Assembly (NCBI RefSeq): GCF_006345805.1
Contig: NC_043004.1
Location: 83,142,001-83,206,000, forward strand
From: Octopus sinensis
Lineage: Eukaryota
Reading direction: 5' to 3'
DNA length: 64,000 nt
Below, in pieces: positions 1-11,546 of the stretch. Under the pieces are notes generated by a model. It was not told the DNA's origin, did no database searches, and was given only the letters and a program-made list of their open reading frames with translations. The position numbers and the translations under genes are program-made. How positions within the stretch are numbered: the stretch's first letter is position 1; every line of letters starts with the position of its first letter.

Positions 1-469
1 CGCACACACACACATATACACACAGAGGCTGGTTTTCTTTGCATGACAATCGTTTGAACTTCTTTATATATGTATACTATAAATCTTAGAGAGACTTCTC
101 TCTAAGAAATTCACAAGTGCTGATATGAAATACATCTGTGAGTTTTGCTTCAGCAAAAGCATTTTCTGAGAAATAGCAGCAAACGTCTACTTTTCTTCTA
201 ATATACAAAGAAATGTTTATCTGTTACATATTGTCGTAGAAATAGAAATGAGGGTTAAATATAGTAATTAATTTCGAAGCAGAGAATTCATTTGTTCGAA
301 TGTATAGTCATATATTCACACTATTCTACAAACGCACGCGCGTACACGCGGACATCTCTCTCCCTTTCTCTCTCTCTACCTTTCTTTTTCTCTCTCTCTT
401 TCTGCATATATATATACGCATGTGTGTATGCATACATACACGCACATATGTATATACAATATACATACC

Positions 470-665
470 GGCGAGCTGGCAGAACCGTTAGTACGCCGGG
501 CGAAGTGCGTAGCCACGTTTTTTTAGGTTGACTTTGCCTTTCATCCTTTCGGGGTCGATGAATTAAGTGCCAGTTACGCGCTGGGGTCGATGTAATCGAC
601 TTATCCCTTTGTCTGTCCTTGTTTGTCCCCTCTGCGTTTAGCCCTTGTGGGTAGTAGTAAAAAAT
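470..665 (+). mobile_element. tRNA-derived SINE, family A (internally deleted copy)
   Basis: Core gactttgcctttcatcctttcggggtcgat recurs at 16156-16385, 30200-30349 (-), 35700-35860 (-) and 58240-58430. Confidence 0.75.
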
Positions 666-1028
666 ACATACATACATACATACATACATACATACATACA
701 TACATACATACATACATACATACATACATACATACATACATACATACATACATACATACATACATACATACATAATACATACATACATACATAATACATA
801 CATACATACATACATACATACATACAATACATACATACATACATACATACATACTACATACATACATACATACATACATACATACATACATACATACATA
901 CATACATACATACATACATACATACATACATACATACATACATACATACATAATACATACATACATACATACATACATACATACATACATACATACATAC
1001 ATACATACATACATACATACATACATAC
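664..1028. repeat. (TACA)n microsatellite
   Basis: About 90 units with occasional 1-nt deletions. Confidence 0.98.
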
Positions 1029-1372
1029 TATATACTTTTCTGAGTTTTGGCGTACGTTTATAAGAGTTCAGATACAAATGGTTTGAGATTATATTACCGT
1101 GTATAGAAATATTGTAAAACGCTAATGTTTGAATGAGAATAACATAAACGATTTAGCAGCGGTTTTGCTGTAAACTATAATTGGACAGAATTCCATGAGT
1201 GGATTCCTTTTATGTGTTTAAATGTACACTGTATTTTATGAGTAATACATAGTCTTTGGACTAAATGTTTACACGCTAGGCCACTGGAAGTGAAAATTTC
1301 TATTAATTTCTATTTTTTCCATTCGATATGATTAAGTATATATATATAAGTAATCCCTCTCTCTCTCTGTCA

Positions 1373-1420
<48 letters not shown>

Positions 1421-1422
<2 letters not shown>

Positions 1423-1570
1423 GACGGATTTCTTTACATCTACCAAATCCACTTAGAAGGCTTTCATTAACCCGAGGCTATACTAGAAAACACTTGTCCA
1501 AGGTGCAATGTAGTGGGACTGAACCTGGAATCGTGTGGTTGGGAAGTAAGCTTCTCACCACACAGCCACT
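1421..1570 (-). mobile_element. tRNA-derived SINE, family B, 5' part
   Basis: Homologous to 13280-13550, 21383-21745, 35165-35563 and 55232-55560. Head gtggctgtgtggtaag...ggttcagtccc carries a B-box. Confidence 0.75.
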
Positions 1571-2076
1571 TCTACAATTATAGAAGGTGTGTGTTTAAAT
1601 GATTGTATATATTTATTTAAATAGAATTACACACATGCAGAGAGGGAGAGAGAGAGGGAGGAAAAGAGATACACACACACACACGCATATGTATAGATGT
1701 TAGATTACATTCAGATTTAATAAACCATGTCAATTATTGCTTTTCATTTGATCCACTTCGGTCATAAACAAGCGTTAATGAAGAGAGGAATTTTGAAAAG
1801 GAACTGACGTAGCTTCAGTGAAGCTTCATCAGCAACTACACCCACTAGAAACACACTACTACAAGAATTTATCTCACAGTAATGTACACACAAGAAACAA
1901 GTGGTGCATTTCACGTGTTGCTCTGCATGAAATTAATGCTTTCAGAGCGATATATTTCGCAGTAGCGGAAATTATTTTTTAAAATATAAAATATAATGGT
2001 AGGTCTGTGAAGGTTTCTTACATCTTAGAATATTCAAGGGCCCCAGCTAGTAATAAGACCAAGGAATAAAGCGAAG

Positions 2077-2107
<31 letters not shown>

Positions 2108-2494
2108 TGTGAGATCCTCGATTAGAATTCTTCATACCTGGAGCTAAGATCCTTCTGATCACCTTAGTACACACTATTGCGGTATCAGTAGAAAACATAG
2201 AGAAAGAAAGAGAGAAAAACTATAAGAAAAGAAGAAAAAAGAAACAAAGAAAGAAAGAGAGAGAAAATTATATAGCAAGAGGGGCACTGGGAGAGTGAGA
2301 ATATTTGGCAGCGCACCAGCCAAACTTAAAAGTATTAAAGGCAATGTATATTTAGGTAGTATTTGAATTGAGAGATTAGGGAGTCACGACAAATATTCAT
2401 TCCATAGATTCAAAAATCTCTCTGATGTTATTTAGTTTCATAGACAGAATTACTGTTATAAATATGAGCCTTAAAGAAACAGTTTCAAACTTAC

Positions 2495-3448
2495 CGCTCG
2501 GTGTATACGAATTCCACACCAAAAAACTGCAATCCAATACAAGAAATAACCGGATGCTATCACAGATACATATACATATAAATACTTGTTACTTCCTAGT
2601 AAACCATTTATAATTCCATAAGTAAGAATAGTGCAGCTCGTAATACTACTGAACACAATATATCCTGAAATAATCTGCAATGATTCATTTACCAATGTCA
2701 GGATTGAAGAAAGAGTATCATGGGTGTTACATATTTCGGTAATGTCTCTATGATGCTTGATAAGAAATGCATTCGACGATTGATTTTCCTTTATGTAATG
2801 CTGTGCCTCGTGCGACACCTTATTAAATTCATGAACAAGCGTGAAAACAATTGTAAGATTTACATAGAGGTCAATTACCACGGACATAAAGGATATGCAA
2901 TTAAATACAACCTGCACTATTAAAACAGGTATGATGTATGTGATATGGTTTGGTACAGGATATGTAAAGAACATCAACAAATCAAGACTGAGTAGTGGCA
3001 AAATAAGATGCATAATTAGGCTACAAATGACACTCAAAGCTATTAATATTGATAATCTTCTATATGAATATATTAAAAAGGAATTGTAATATTTTTCATC
3101 TTCATCTTTAATTTCCAGTTTTGTGTATATTTCAATTAGCTGCTTGACATTAGATCCTCTGAAGTGCTTCACCAAACAAAACAAGGAGGTAAAACTCCGG
3201 TACAATACAATATATATATATAAGAATATTACATGAGGGTGAGGAGATTCCAGTTCTAATAAGGCAACAATGTGGCGAACAGGATCTAAAATAATATGCA
3301 TGGAGAGGAGTATATAAAAAATTTGCAAACAAATAGTTTTAAACTTAAAAGATTTCACCGATGACATTTTCAAACTTGCAGTCCTTATAGTGTTAAATTT
3401 TCGATAAAATTCCAGCATTTTAAAGAAGCGAGTTTCATTTAGTTTCAT
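2495..3448 (-). CDS. Gustatory-receptor-like (GRL/7TM ion channel) large first coding exon, cassette 1 (TM1-TM6, 318 codons); TM7 exon(s) not located
   Basis: ATG at 3448. Six hydrophobic segments. GR-type IC2 motif ICNTHDTLSSILTLVNESL before TM5. Ends WCGIRIHRA followed by GTAAGT (2494-2489), phase 0, at the same position as in all paralogues. Confidence 0.8.
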
Positions 3449-3784
3449 ATTTGTTGTAATTACGACTTCGTTACACGTTACTTCTATATGAAAAGCAGCA
3501 ATCGCACAAGTTATATTTCTTTGTTAGATACCTAGTTACTCATTATTTTTTCTGTTTTACTATGTTGCACTGCTTTCCTTCTCACGGAAGTACTAACATT
3601 AAACAAGAAACGTGATAAAGCAGATATATGCTGTCCGGAGTCTTTGAAATCAGATATTGTTTCAAATCTGTTGCTATGGATGTAAAATTACAATATCATC
3701 CACAAAGCATCTTAAGACATGTCAGAGTCAAAATCTATTTCTTAAACAAACACTTCTTAATGCTTATATCAATATAAATATATA

Positions 3785-4097
3785 TCTATCTATATACCTA
3801 CCTGCCTGCCTACCTACCTACCTACCTACCTACCTACCTACCTACCTACCCACCTACTACCTGCCTACCTACCTAACTACATACCTGCCTGCCTGCCTAC
3901 CTACCTATCTACCAACCTACCTACCAACCTACCTACCTACGTATCTATTTATCTACCTATCTAACTATCTGTCTGTGTGCCTGTCTGTCTGTCTGTCTGT
4001 CTGTGTGTTTGTCTATCTATCTATCAATCTATCTATCTATCTACCTGTCTATCTGTCTATCTATCTGTTTTCTTATCTATCTACTTATGTAGCTATA

Positions 4098-4162
<65 letters not shown>

Positions 4163-4215
4163 CTATTTATCCATCCACGCATCCATCCATCCATCCATTC
4201 ATCTATCTATCTAAA
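3785..4215. repeat. Compound CCTA/GTCT/CTAT/TA microsatellite
   Basis: Direct inspection. Confidence 0.95.
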
Positions 4216-4564
4216 TCTATCTATATATTGTGCAGTGCTTTATATTGCTGCCAGTTCATTTCTCACAAATGCAATAAGTAGGATATTGATGTTACATTGA
4301 TATTAATTAGCATGTATTGTATCAAGCATTGATTCACAACCGAGGTGTGTTGGGTGAGTCAATGCTTTTGTTATATCTACCCCATAAATGAACACTTATA
4401 TTTCTTTGGTGAATACAGTAGCGTGAACACTAATTTACTGATGGTGTATTTCATAGTGGTATTGTCTCCTTTATGTGCACTGGTACGATATATTTATATA
4501 TATGCCTCTGTGTGTGTGTGTGTGTGTGTGGTGTGTTTATATATATAAAATATATATAATATAT

Positions 4565-4616
<52 letters not shown>

Positions 4617-4621
4617 TATAG

Positions 4622-4657
<36 letters not shown>

Positions 4658-4722
4658 TTATATATATTATATATATATATCGGTAGATCGATAGATATAT
4701 TGATATATATATAGATTATGGA

Positions 4723-5258
4723 ATTAACAGGTGATGGCATTCTTTATTTGAAATCATTGAAATTGTTTCGACATATTCTCACACCTTTAGAACATAAGTG
4801 AGATGTTAAGCAATGATTATTTTCTATCCCAGTTCTACGATGCGCATCCTCAGATTAGTATTTAAAAAAAATTCGTTAGATCTTCTGGCCATTCTACTCA
4901 ACGTGATAACGCATACCCAAGGAGAAGTGTCATTCTCATCTGTTTACAGTTTAAACGAAAACCATAGATATAGTGCCCGACAAAATATAATTATTAACAG
5001 GTGATGGCATTCTTTATTTGAAATCATTGAAATTGTTTCGACATATTCTCACACCTTTAGAACATAAGTGAGATGTTAGCAATGATATTTCTATCCCAGT
5101 TCTACGATGCGCATCCTCAGATTAGTATTTAAAAAAATTCGTTAGATCTTCTGGCCATTTCTACTCAACGTGATAACGCATACCCAGGAGAAGTGTCCTT
5201 CTCATCTGTACAGTTTAAACGAAAAACCATAGATATAGTGCCCGACAAAATATAATTA
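4723..5258 (+). repeat. Tandem direct duplication, about 270 bp x2
   Basis: Copies start at 4723 and 4993 and differ mainly by 1-2 nt indels at homopolymers. Confidence 0.95.
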
Positions 5259-6132
5259 TAATCAAAATACAAAATACAGTTACAATCGAAATATAAAATA
5301 TACAAATAGAAAAAATAGAGCTAACATACAAAAGAAAAATTAAACAGAAAAAAAGAAAATGTGCTAAAGCATCTCTTAGAACCTAGTATCGAACTTCAAA
5401 TTGAGGACATCAGGGAGAAAATGGTGAATGATTTCGTGAGAAAAGCTAGAACAAAGAGTGCTTCAGGATGTGATGTCGTCTCGCATAAAGCATACAAATA
5501 TTGCACTCGTCTGCGAAAGAAGCTTTTTGTCCTCCGACCGCTGTGGCGCGAAGAGATTCTAGTAGAGTCATATACTTTGCCTCTTACGACCACTCTCAAG
5601 GTTGCTCTGGAAGAACGGTCTTTTACATTTCAATCCTATGCTCTTAGACAGAAAATATTAAGAGGTGGGAAATGGGAGAAAATGAAAAAGAAAGATCGGA
5701 GAGCGAGAAAAAAATATGTGTCGGGATTAAATTTTCAACATGACGAAACGGCCAGAAGAAAGAGGTTGAAATGAAAGGGAGGTAATGACGGTGACCCGGT
5801 CGAAGGAATTTACTGACGCGTACCCGTGTGTCTGTGAGAATGGTGTATGTGAGTGCGTATCTATGAATGCAGGTGAGTGTGTGATAATCATGTGTGGTCA
5901 AGCTGAAGAAATTGTAGACCAGTGTGTGTGTGTGTGTATAACAGACGCAATATGTACATTATGTGGAGGAATAGGCGTTACATGTACTAGTATGTATGTG
6001 TGTGTGCATGTGAAGGTGTGTATATGTGTGAGGATAACGTGTGTGTGAGAGTATGTGTGTGTGTATGTGTGTGAAAGAGAGAGAGAGAGACAGATCGCTT
6101 GTGCATAGCATTTGATGTGTTATATATATATG

Positions 6133-6314
6133 TAATCAAAATAAGCAACAAGGATATCCAAAGGTAATGCAGTACGATCGTTTCATGCGACTTCATTTAA
6201 TTAAACAATGCAAGTATTGCATCAGTTTTAAACTTGCATTGTTTAATTAAATGAAGTCGCATGAAACGATCGTATTGCATTACCTTTGGATATTCTTGTT
6301 GCTTATTTTGATTA
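6133..6314. repeat. Near-perfect inverted repeat (83-bp arms, 16-nt loop)
   Basis: 6133-6215 is the reverse complement of 6232-6314 with two mismatches. Confidence 0.95.
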
Positions 6315-7462
6315 TAATCACCCCATTTTCAATTATATGGATACTACCATACCAAACTCTGGTGCCTTTAACTTAAGTACCATATTCGACTAAATCTTAC
6401 TGAACTATATATATATATATATATATATGGCCTGCTCGCTTAGCCAGCGGAGTGGCGTCGCTTGAAGGCTAAAGCAATGCACAGCGCATTGTGACCAGCG
6501 ATGTGTAGCAACATCTGATAGTCTGGTCGGTCACGGTGATCACGGTGATATATATATATATATATATATACCTACATACATACACACATACATACATACA
6601 TACATACATACATACATACATACATACATACATACATACATACATACATACATACATACACACATGTATGTTGCTTACTAATATTCCTACAATTTTTATT
6701 GTTCACATCAACACCTGTTCGGCGGGAAATCCAACCCGCACATAATACAAATCGTATATCTTTATATCTTTCTATACATGTATGTGTGCATACATAAAAA
6801 TGCACACACAGGTGTATTAATACCAACATGCTCACCTATATGCAACCTACACATATTTATCTCTTCTGTAGAGCATGCAGAATCATAAACACCCAGAGAA
6901 ACAAAACAAAAAATGGGAGTGGCGTTGAACAGAAAGCAAGAGCTCTCTCAGGTACTGGCTCTGCTATTAGGTACCTCATTGTAACAGTGGATTTTTATTC
7001 CAATACTTACATCACAAGAAGCTTAGAATCTTTAAAGACTAAAGCTGTTAATCTGGCTATCTTCAGATAGGTTGCGTGTGTGTGTGCGTGCGTGTGTGTG
7101 TGTGCGTGTGTTTGTGTGTGCGTATGCATATACAGTGTTTTGGTTTATTGTATGCTAAAATGTGCTATAGAGAACGTAAGATATTTTATTGTAGATCTTA
7201 TTGTTTCTCATGTGTCCTAATAAGATTCAATAACCAATTAACCAGCTCACGACAGTTCTCTGTATCGACCAGCATATTGTAATATTTGATTGGCAATATT
7301 ATGATTTCAATAACTTTCTAAGGTGAGATCGCACTGAATGTATGAATCTCTGATAAAGTGATGATCTAGAAAACTATCAGAACAAGTATTGGAACAAGTT
7401 GCTGAACAAGTATTGGAACAAGTTAATCTTCACTGAATCCTATTTAAGAACAACTTATTGGA

Positions 7463-7499
<37 letters not shown>

Positions 7500-7743
7500 A
7501 GTTCAGCAAAATTTAGATTCAGATCAAATCAACATCTCTGTCTATATATCTACCTTTTTTATAATGTTGGCAAATGAAATAGGGATAAGAATGTGCATTG
7601 TCCGTTTAATTGAAAAATTCTATATGTGGCTGAAGATTGCTCGACATTTTAAAACTGATGTAATACTTACAGTGTTTAATAAAATGAAGTAGTATGAAAC
7701 AATTGTACTACTCTACCTTGGATATAATAGTTATTTATTTTGA

Positions 7744-7780
<37 letters not shown>

Positions 7781-7937
7781 TATATCAGCTCTATCTATTT
7801 ACCTATCTATATATCTATCTGTCTGTCTATGCGTGTCTATCTGCATATATATATATGTATGTATGTGTGTGTGTATGTATGTATGTATATATGTATATAC
7901 ATATATATATGTGTGTCTGTGTGTGTATGTATGCGTG

Positions 7938-7971
<34 letters not shown>

Positions 7972-8328
7972 CATTATTTATCGGCATTTATACTTGCACA
8001 AGCATTACAATTAGATATAAAATATAAGAAAATGTGTATTTCTGTGTATGTGTTTATGTATGAGTGTGTTTCTCTGGGTTTTTGTGTGTGTATGTGTGTG
8101 TGTCCACGCACAATAAGTAGGATACTGATGGCACATTGATAACAGATATTTTGCATTGTCTCAAGCATTGATTCACAACTGAGGTGTGTTGGTTGAGTCA
8201 ACGCGTTTGTTATATCGGCCCCATAAATGAACATTTATATTTCTTCGGTGAATACAATGACGTGAATACTAATTTAATGAAGATGTATTTCATAGTGGTA
8301 TAGTGTCACTTATGTGCACTGATACGAG

Positions 8329-8329
<1 letters not shown>

Positions 8330-8367
<38 letters not shown>

Positions 8368-8431
8368 TAATAATAATAATAATAATAATAGTAATAATAA
8401 TAATAAAATTTAATAATAATAATGATAATAA

Positions 8432-8474
<43 letters not shown>

Positions 8475-8552
8475 AATAATATTAATAATGATAATAATAA
8501 TAATAGTAATAATAATAGTAATAATAGTAATAATAATAATAATAATAATATA
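8330..8552. repeat. (AAT)n microsatellite
   Basis: Direct inspection. Confidence 0.97.
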
Positions 8553-8859
8553 GGATGAAACGGGATAACGATGTGTTATAAAGAGTGGACCACCTAATCT
8601 CTGGATGTATGGTTTTAACACCTGTAGAATAAAAATCAAGAACTGACAGAGTTAGCCAATATCTACACTGGACAATATGTGGGCGGTATAAACTCAAAAC
8701 TGCGGACAAATGGTACAAGAACCCCAGTGAGGCTGTAACTAAGTGAAAATAACTTAACAATTCTTTGGGATTTTCTAGTGTGTATCAAAGTAAATAAATC
8801 AGATATTGTTGTGAAAGACCAAAACAATAAAGTCTGTTAACTGATTGACATGTGCATAC

Positions 8860-9871
8860 TCTATGACTATACTGAGACCCCCTTCGGTCATGACTGACCG
8901 TGGGATTGCACCTAGAACGTTACGCTCCCAAGCTGAAACCCGGACAAGGTTGCTTATGGAAGACCAGCAGTCGCCCATGCATACCAGCCTCCCCTCTCCA
9001 TGCAATGCTACCAGTGTTATCCAAGGGAAAGGCAAAGGGGCCGATACAGCTTGGCACCTGTGACGTCGCAACTCATTTCTACAACTGAGTGAACGGGAGC
9101 AACGTGAAATAAAGTGTCTTGATCAAGAACACAACATGCAGCCCGGTCTGGGATTCGAACTCACAACCTCACGACCGTAAGCTCGACGCTCTAACCACTG
9201 AGCAATGCGCCTTCACTTCTATGACCATAATATCTCGGCAAAAGAGTGAACTGGAGCAACGTGAAATAAAGTGTCTTGATCAAGAACACAACATGCAGCC
9301 CGGTCTGGGATTCGAACTCACAACCTCACGACCGTAAGCTCGACGCTCTAACCACTGAGCCATGCGCCTTCACTTCTATGACCATAATATCTCGGCAAAA
9401 GAGTGAACGGGAGCAACGTGAAATAAAGTGTCTTGATCAAGAACACAACATGCAGCCCGGTCTGGGATTCGAACTCACAACCTCACGACCGTAAGCTCGA
9501 CGCTCTAACCACTGAGCCATGCGCCTTCACTTCTATAACCATAATATCTCGGCAAAAGAGTGAACTGGAGCAACGTGAAATAAAGTGTCTTGATCAAGAA
9601 CACAACATGCAGCCCGGTCTGCTATTCGAACTCACAACCTCACGACCGTAAGCTCGACGCTCTAACCACTGAGGCATGCGCCTTCACTTCTATGACCATA
9701 ATATCTCGGCAAAAGAGTGAACTGGAGCAACGTGAAATAAAGTGTCTTGATCAAGAACACAACATGCTGCCCGGTCTGGGATTCGAACTCACAACCTCAC
9801 GACCGTAAGCTCGACGCTCTAACCACTGAGCCATGCGCCTTCACTTCTATGACCATAATATCTCGATAAAA
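8860..9871 (-). mobile_element. tRNA(Arg)-like SINE, family C, whose head plus flank is amplified into a 5 x 157-bp tandem array (9087-9871)
   Basis: Units start at 9087, 9244, 9401, 9558 and 9715. Minus-strand consensus GGCGCATGGCTCAGTGGTTAGAGCGTCGAGCTTACGGTCGTGAGGTTGTGAGTTCGAATCCC has A and B boxes and an ACG in the anticodon-like position. Confidence 0.85.
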
Positions 9872-9889
9872 GAATTTGATTAGCTCAGA

Positions 9890-10055
9890 AAATATAAAGA
9901 TTTGTTAACCGAAATCGAAATAATGTTGCATCTCCAGACGTCCTGTGATTGTAGGAACAATTGGAAAAATCAAAACAGAAACTGAAAATTATTTAAGAAT
10001 GATCCCTGTCTTACCATCCATGAAGGAAGTGCAAAAGATTGCCTCAACTGCTACG
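9890..10055 (+). mobile_element. R4/Dong-clade non-LTR retrotransposon, C-terminal relic
   Basis: KYKDLLTEIE and PVIVGTIGKIKTETENYLRMIPVLPSMKEVQKIA resemble the end of the restriction-like endonuclease region of R4/Dong ORFs. Confidence 0.65.
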
Positions 10056-10324
10056 TGACACGTAGTGAGAAGAAGATTGTCGCTGTGAATTTTCTTTCCC
10101 TTTTTCTCATTTATGTGTTTACTTTTGTATTTAATTTTTTAAAATATTTCTTTGTAACTTCTCCTTTTTCCCTATCATACGACATTGTAAATGAACAATC
10201 TGGGGTTTTTTTTTTTTTTTTTTTTTTTTTTGGTCAACCAATATATAGAGTATATTTCTCTCTGCCCTAGGTGTCAAGAAGACACTCGTCAAGAAATGGA
10301 AACAGAAATGAAAGATGCTAATGG

Positions 10325-10325
10325 A

Positions 10326-10376
<51 letters not shown>

Positions 10377-10378
10377 AA

Positions 10379-10413
<35 letters not shown>

Positions 10414-10690
10414 AGAAGAAGAAGAAAGAGAAGAAAAAGAAGTTGAAGAAGTTGAAGAAGTTGAAGACGTTGAAGAAGAAGAAGAAGGAGAAGAAGAAGA
10501 AGGAGAAGGAGAAGAAGTTGAAGAAGAAGAAGAAGAAAAGAAAAGAAGAAAAAGAAGAAGAAGAAGAAGAAAAAGAAGAAAAAGAAGGAGAAGAAGAAAA
10601 AGAAGAAGAAGAAGAAGAAAAGAAGAAGAAGAAGAAGAAGAAGAAGAGGAAGATTAAGAAAAAGAAGGAGAAGAAGGAGGAGGAGGAACA
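10325..10690. repeat. (AAT)n followed by an (AAG/GAG)-rich microsatellite
   Basis: Direct inspection. Explains the poly-N/K/E ORFs. Confidence 0.95.
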
Positions 10691-11253
10691 TGTGCGAAAT
10701 TAAGAAATTTAGAATGATAAGGAAAGTATTCATAAATAGATAATACACCATATCGGTATGTATTTAATACACCTGAAATGACGAACAGGTATGAGGTACT
10801 TCTGCTTTTCTTTTCATGCCCTAAATATGAAATAATCACTGAGAGCGTGTGACAGCATATCCATAAGAATTGAATTCTAATGCCTCACCTAAATCTGTCT
10901 GCATTCCTGGCAGAACCGAAATTTCGTGTGGCTTATACACAACACATCTTATGCCAGATTGCTGCAATGTCTCAATGAAAGAGTGGAGAAACTGTGAGAC
11001 TGGTGGAGAAAAGAACAGAAGTACAAAAAAAAAAAACAATGAGGGAGATGAATCTTTGTCAAGTATTTCAAGCGTATTTTATTAATTAGAGATATAATTA
11101 ATAAGGTGGGCGTTGGTGGAATAAAATAACAGGTCAGAGAGATGAAGCATTAAATTCTATCATTCATTTCAGGTGTCTGTCAATTTATTAGCTTTTATGA
11201 TGTAATAATTATTATGAAAATGCAGTTATAATCAAATGTGAGAATTATAGAAA

Positions 11254-11511
11254 TCTGTATATATATAAAAGGCAGGATATGCGTGTGTGTGTGCGTACGT
11301 GAATGTAATTTAGGTACGTGCACAAATTAGCACGCATGTCGCTTCGATTTTAGGAGGACATTTTTCACGACCCTAGTTGTATTTTCGTCAAATTATTTTT
11401 CCCGAGGTACCCGTGGATAGCGGTAAAAATCGATTTTCAACCTTAATTTTTACAAATTTTGAAGTTTGCCAACATGAGATAAGTCCCTTCTTGCCATAGC
11501 GAAGTGAAAAC

Positions 11512-11546
<35 letters not shown>

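Noticed and set aside
292-1077. Long MYVC/YIHT/IYIY/LSIY-type ORFs here and throughout the window
   Set aside because: Translations of microsatellites with no coding signal.
1760-2030. Possible terminal exons for cassette 1 (ADEASLKLRQFL; cag|TYHYILYF)
   Set aside because: Phase or motif spacing does not fit, and 1800-1835 looks more like a decayed PLE hammerhead-like hairpin.
2280-2350. Minus-strand LILLSLAGALPNILTL resembling GR TM7 (LLSxAGAITTY)
   Set aside because: Lacks TY, has no phase-0 acceptor and runs into a simple repeat.
5361-5774. 137-aa ORF
   Set aside because: GTG start, no recognisable domain and no splice context.
9087-9871. 157-bp array as CRISPR, tRNA cluster or repeated 72-aa gene
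   Set aside because: No unique spacers, poor acceptor and anticodon stems, and clear continuity with a SINE body.
10131-10751. Poly-L/F and poly-N/K/E ORFs
   Set aside because: AAT/AAG microsatellite translations.
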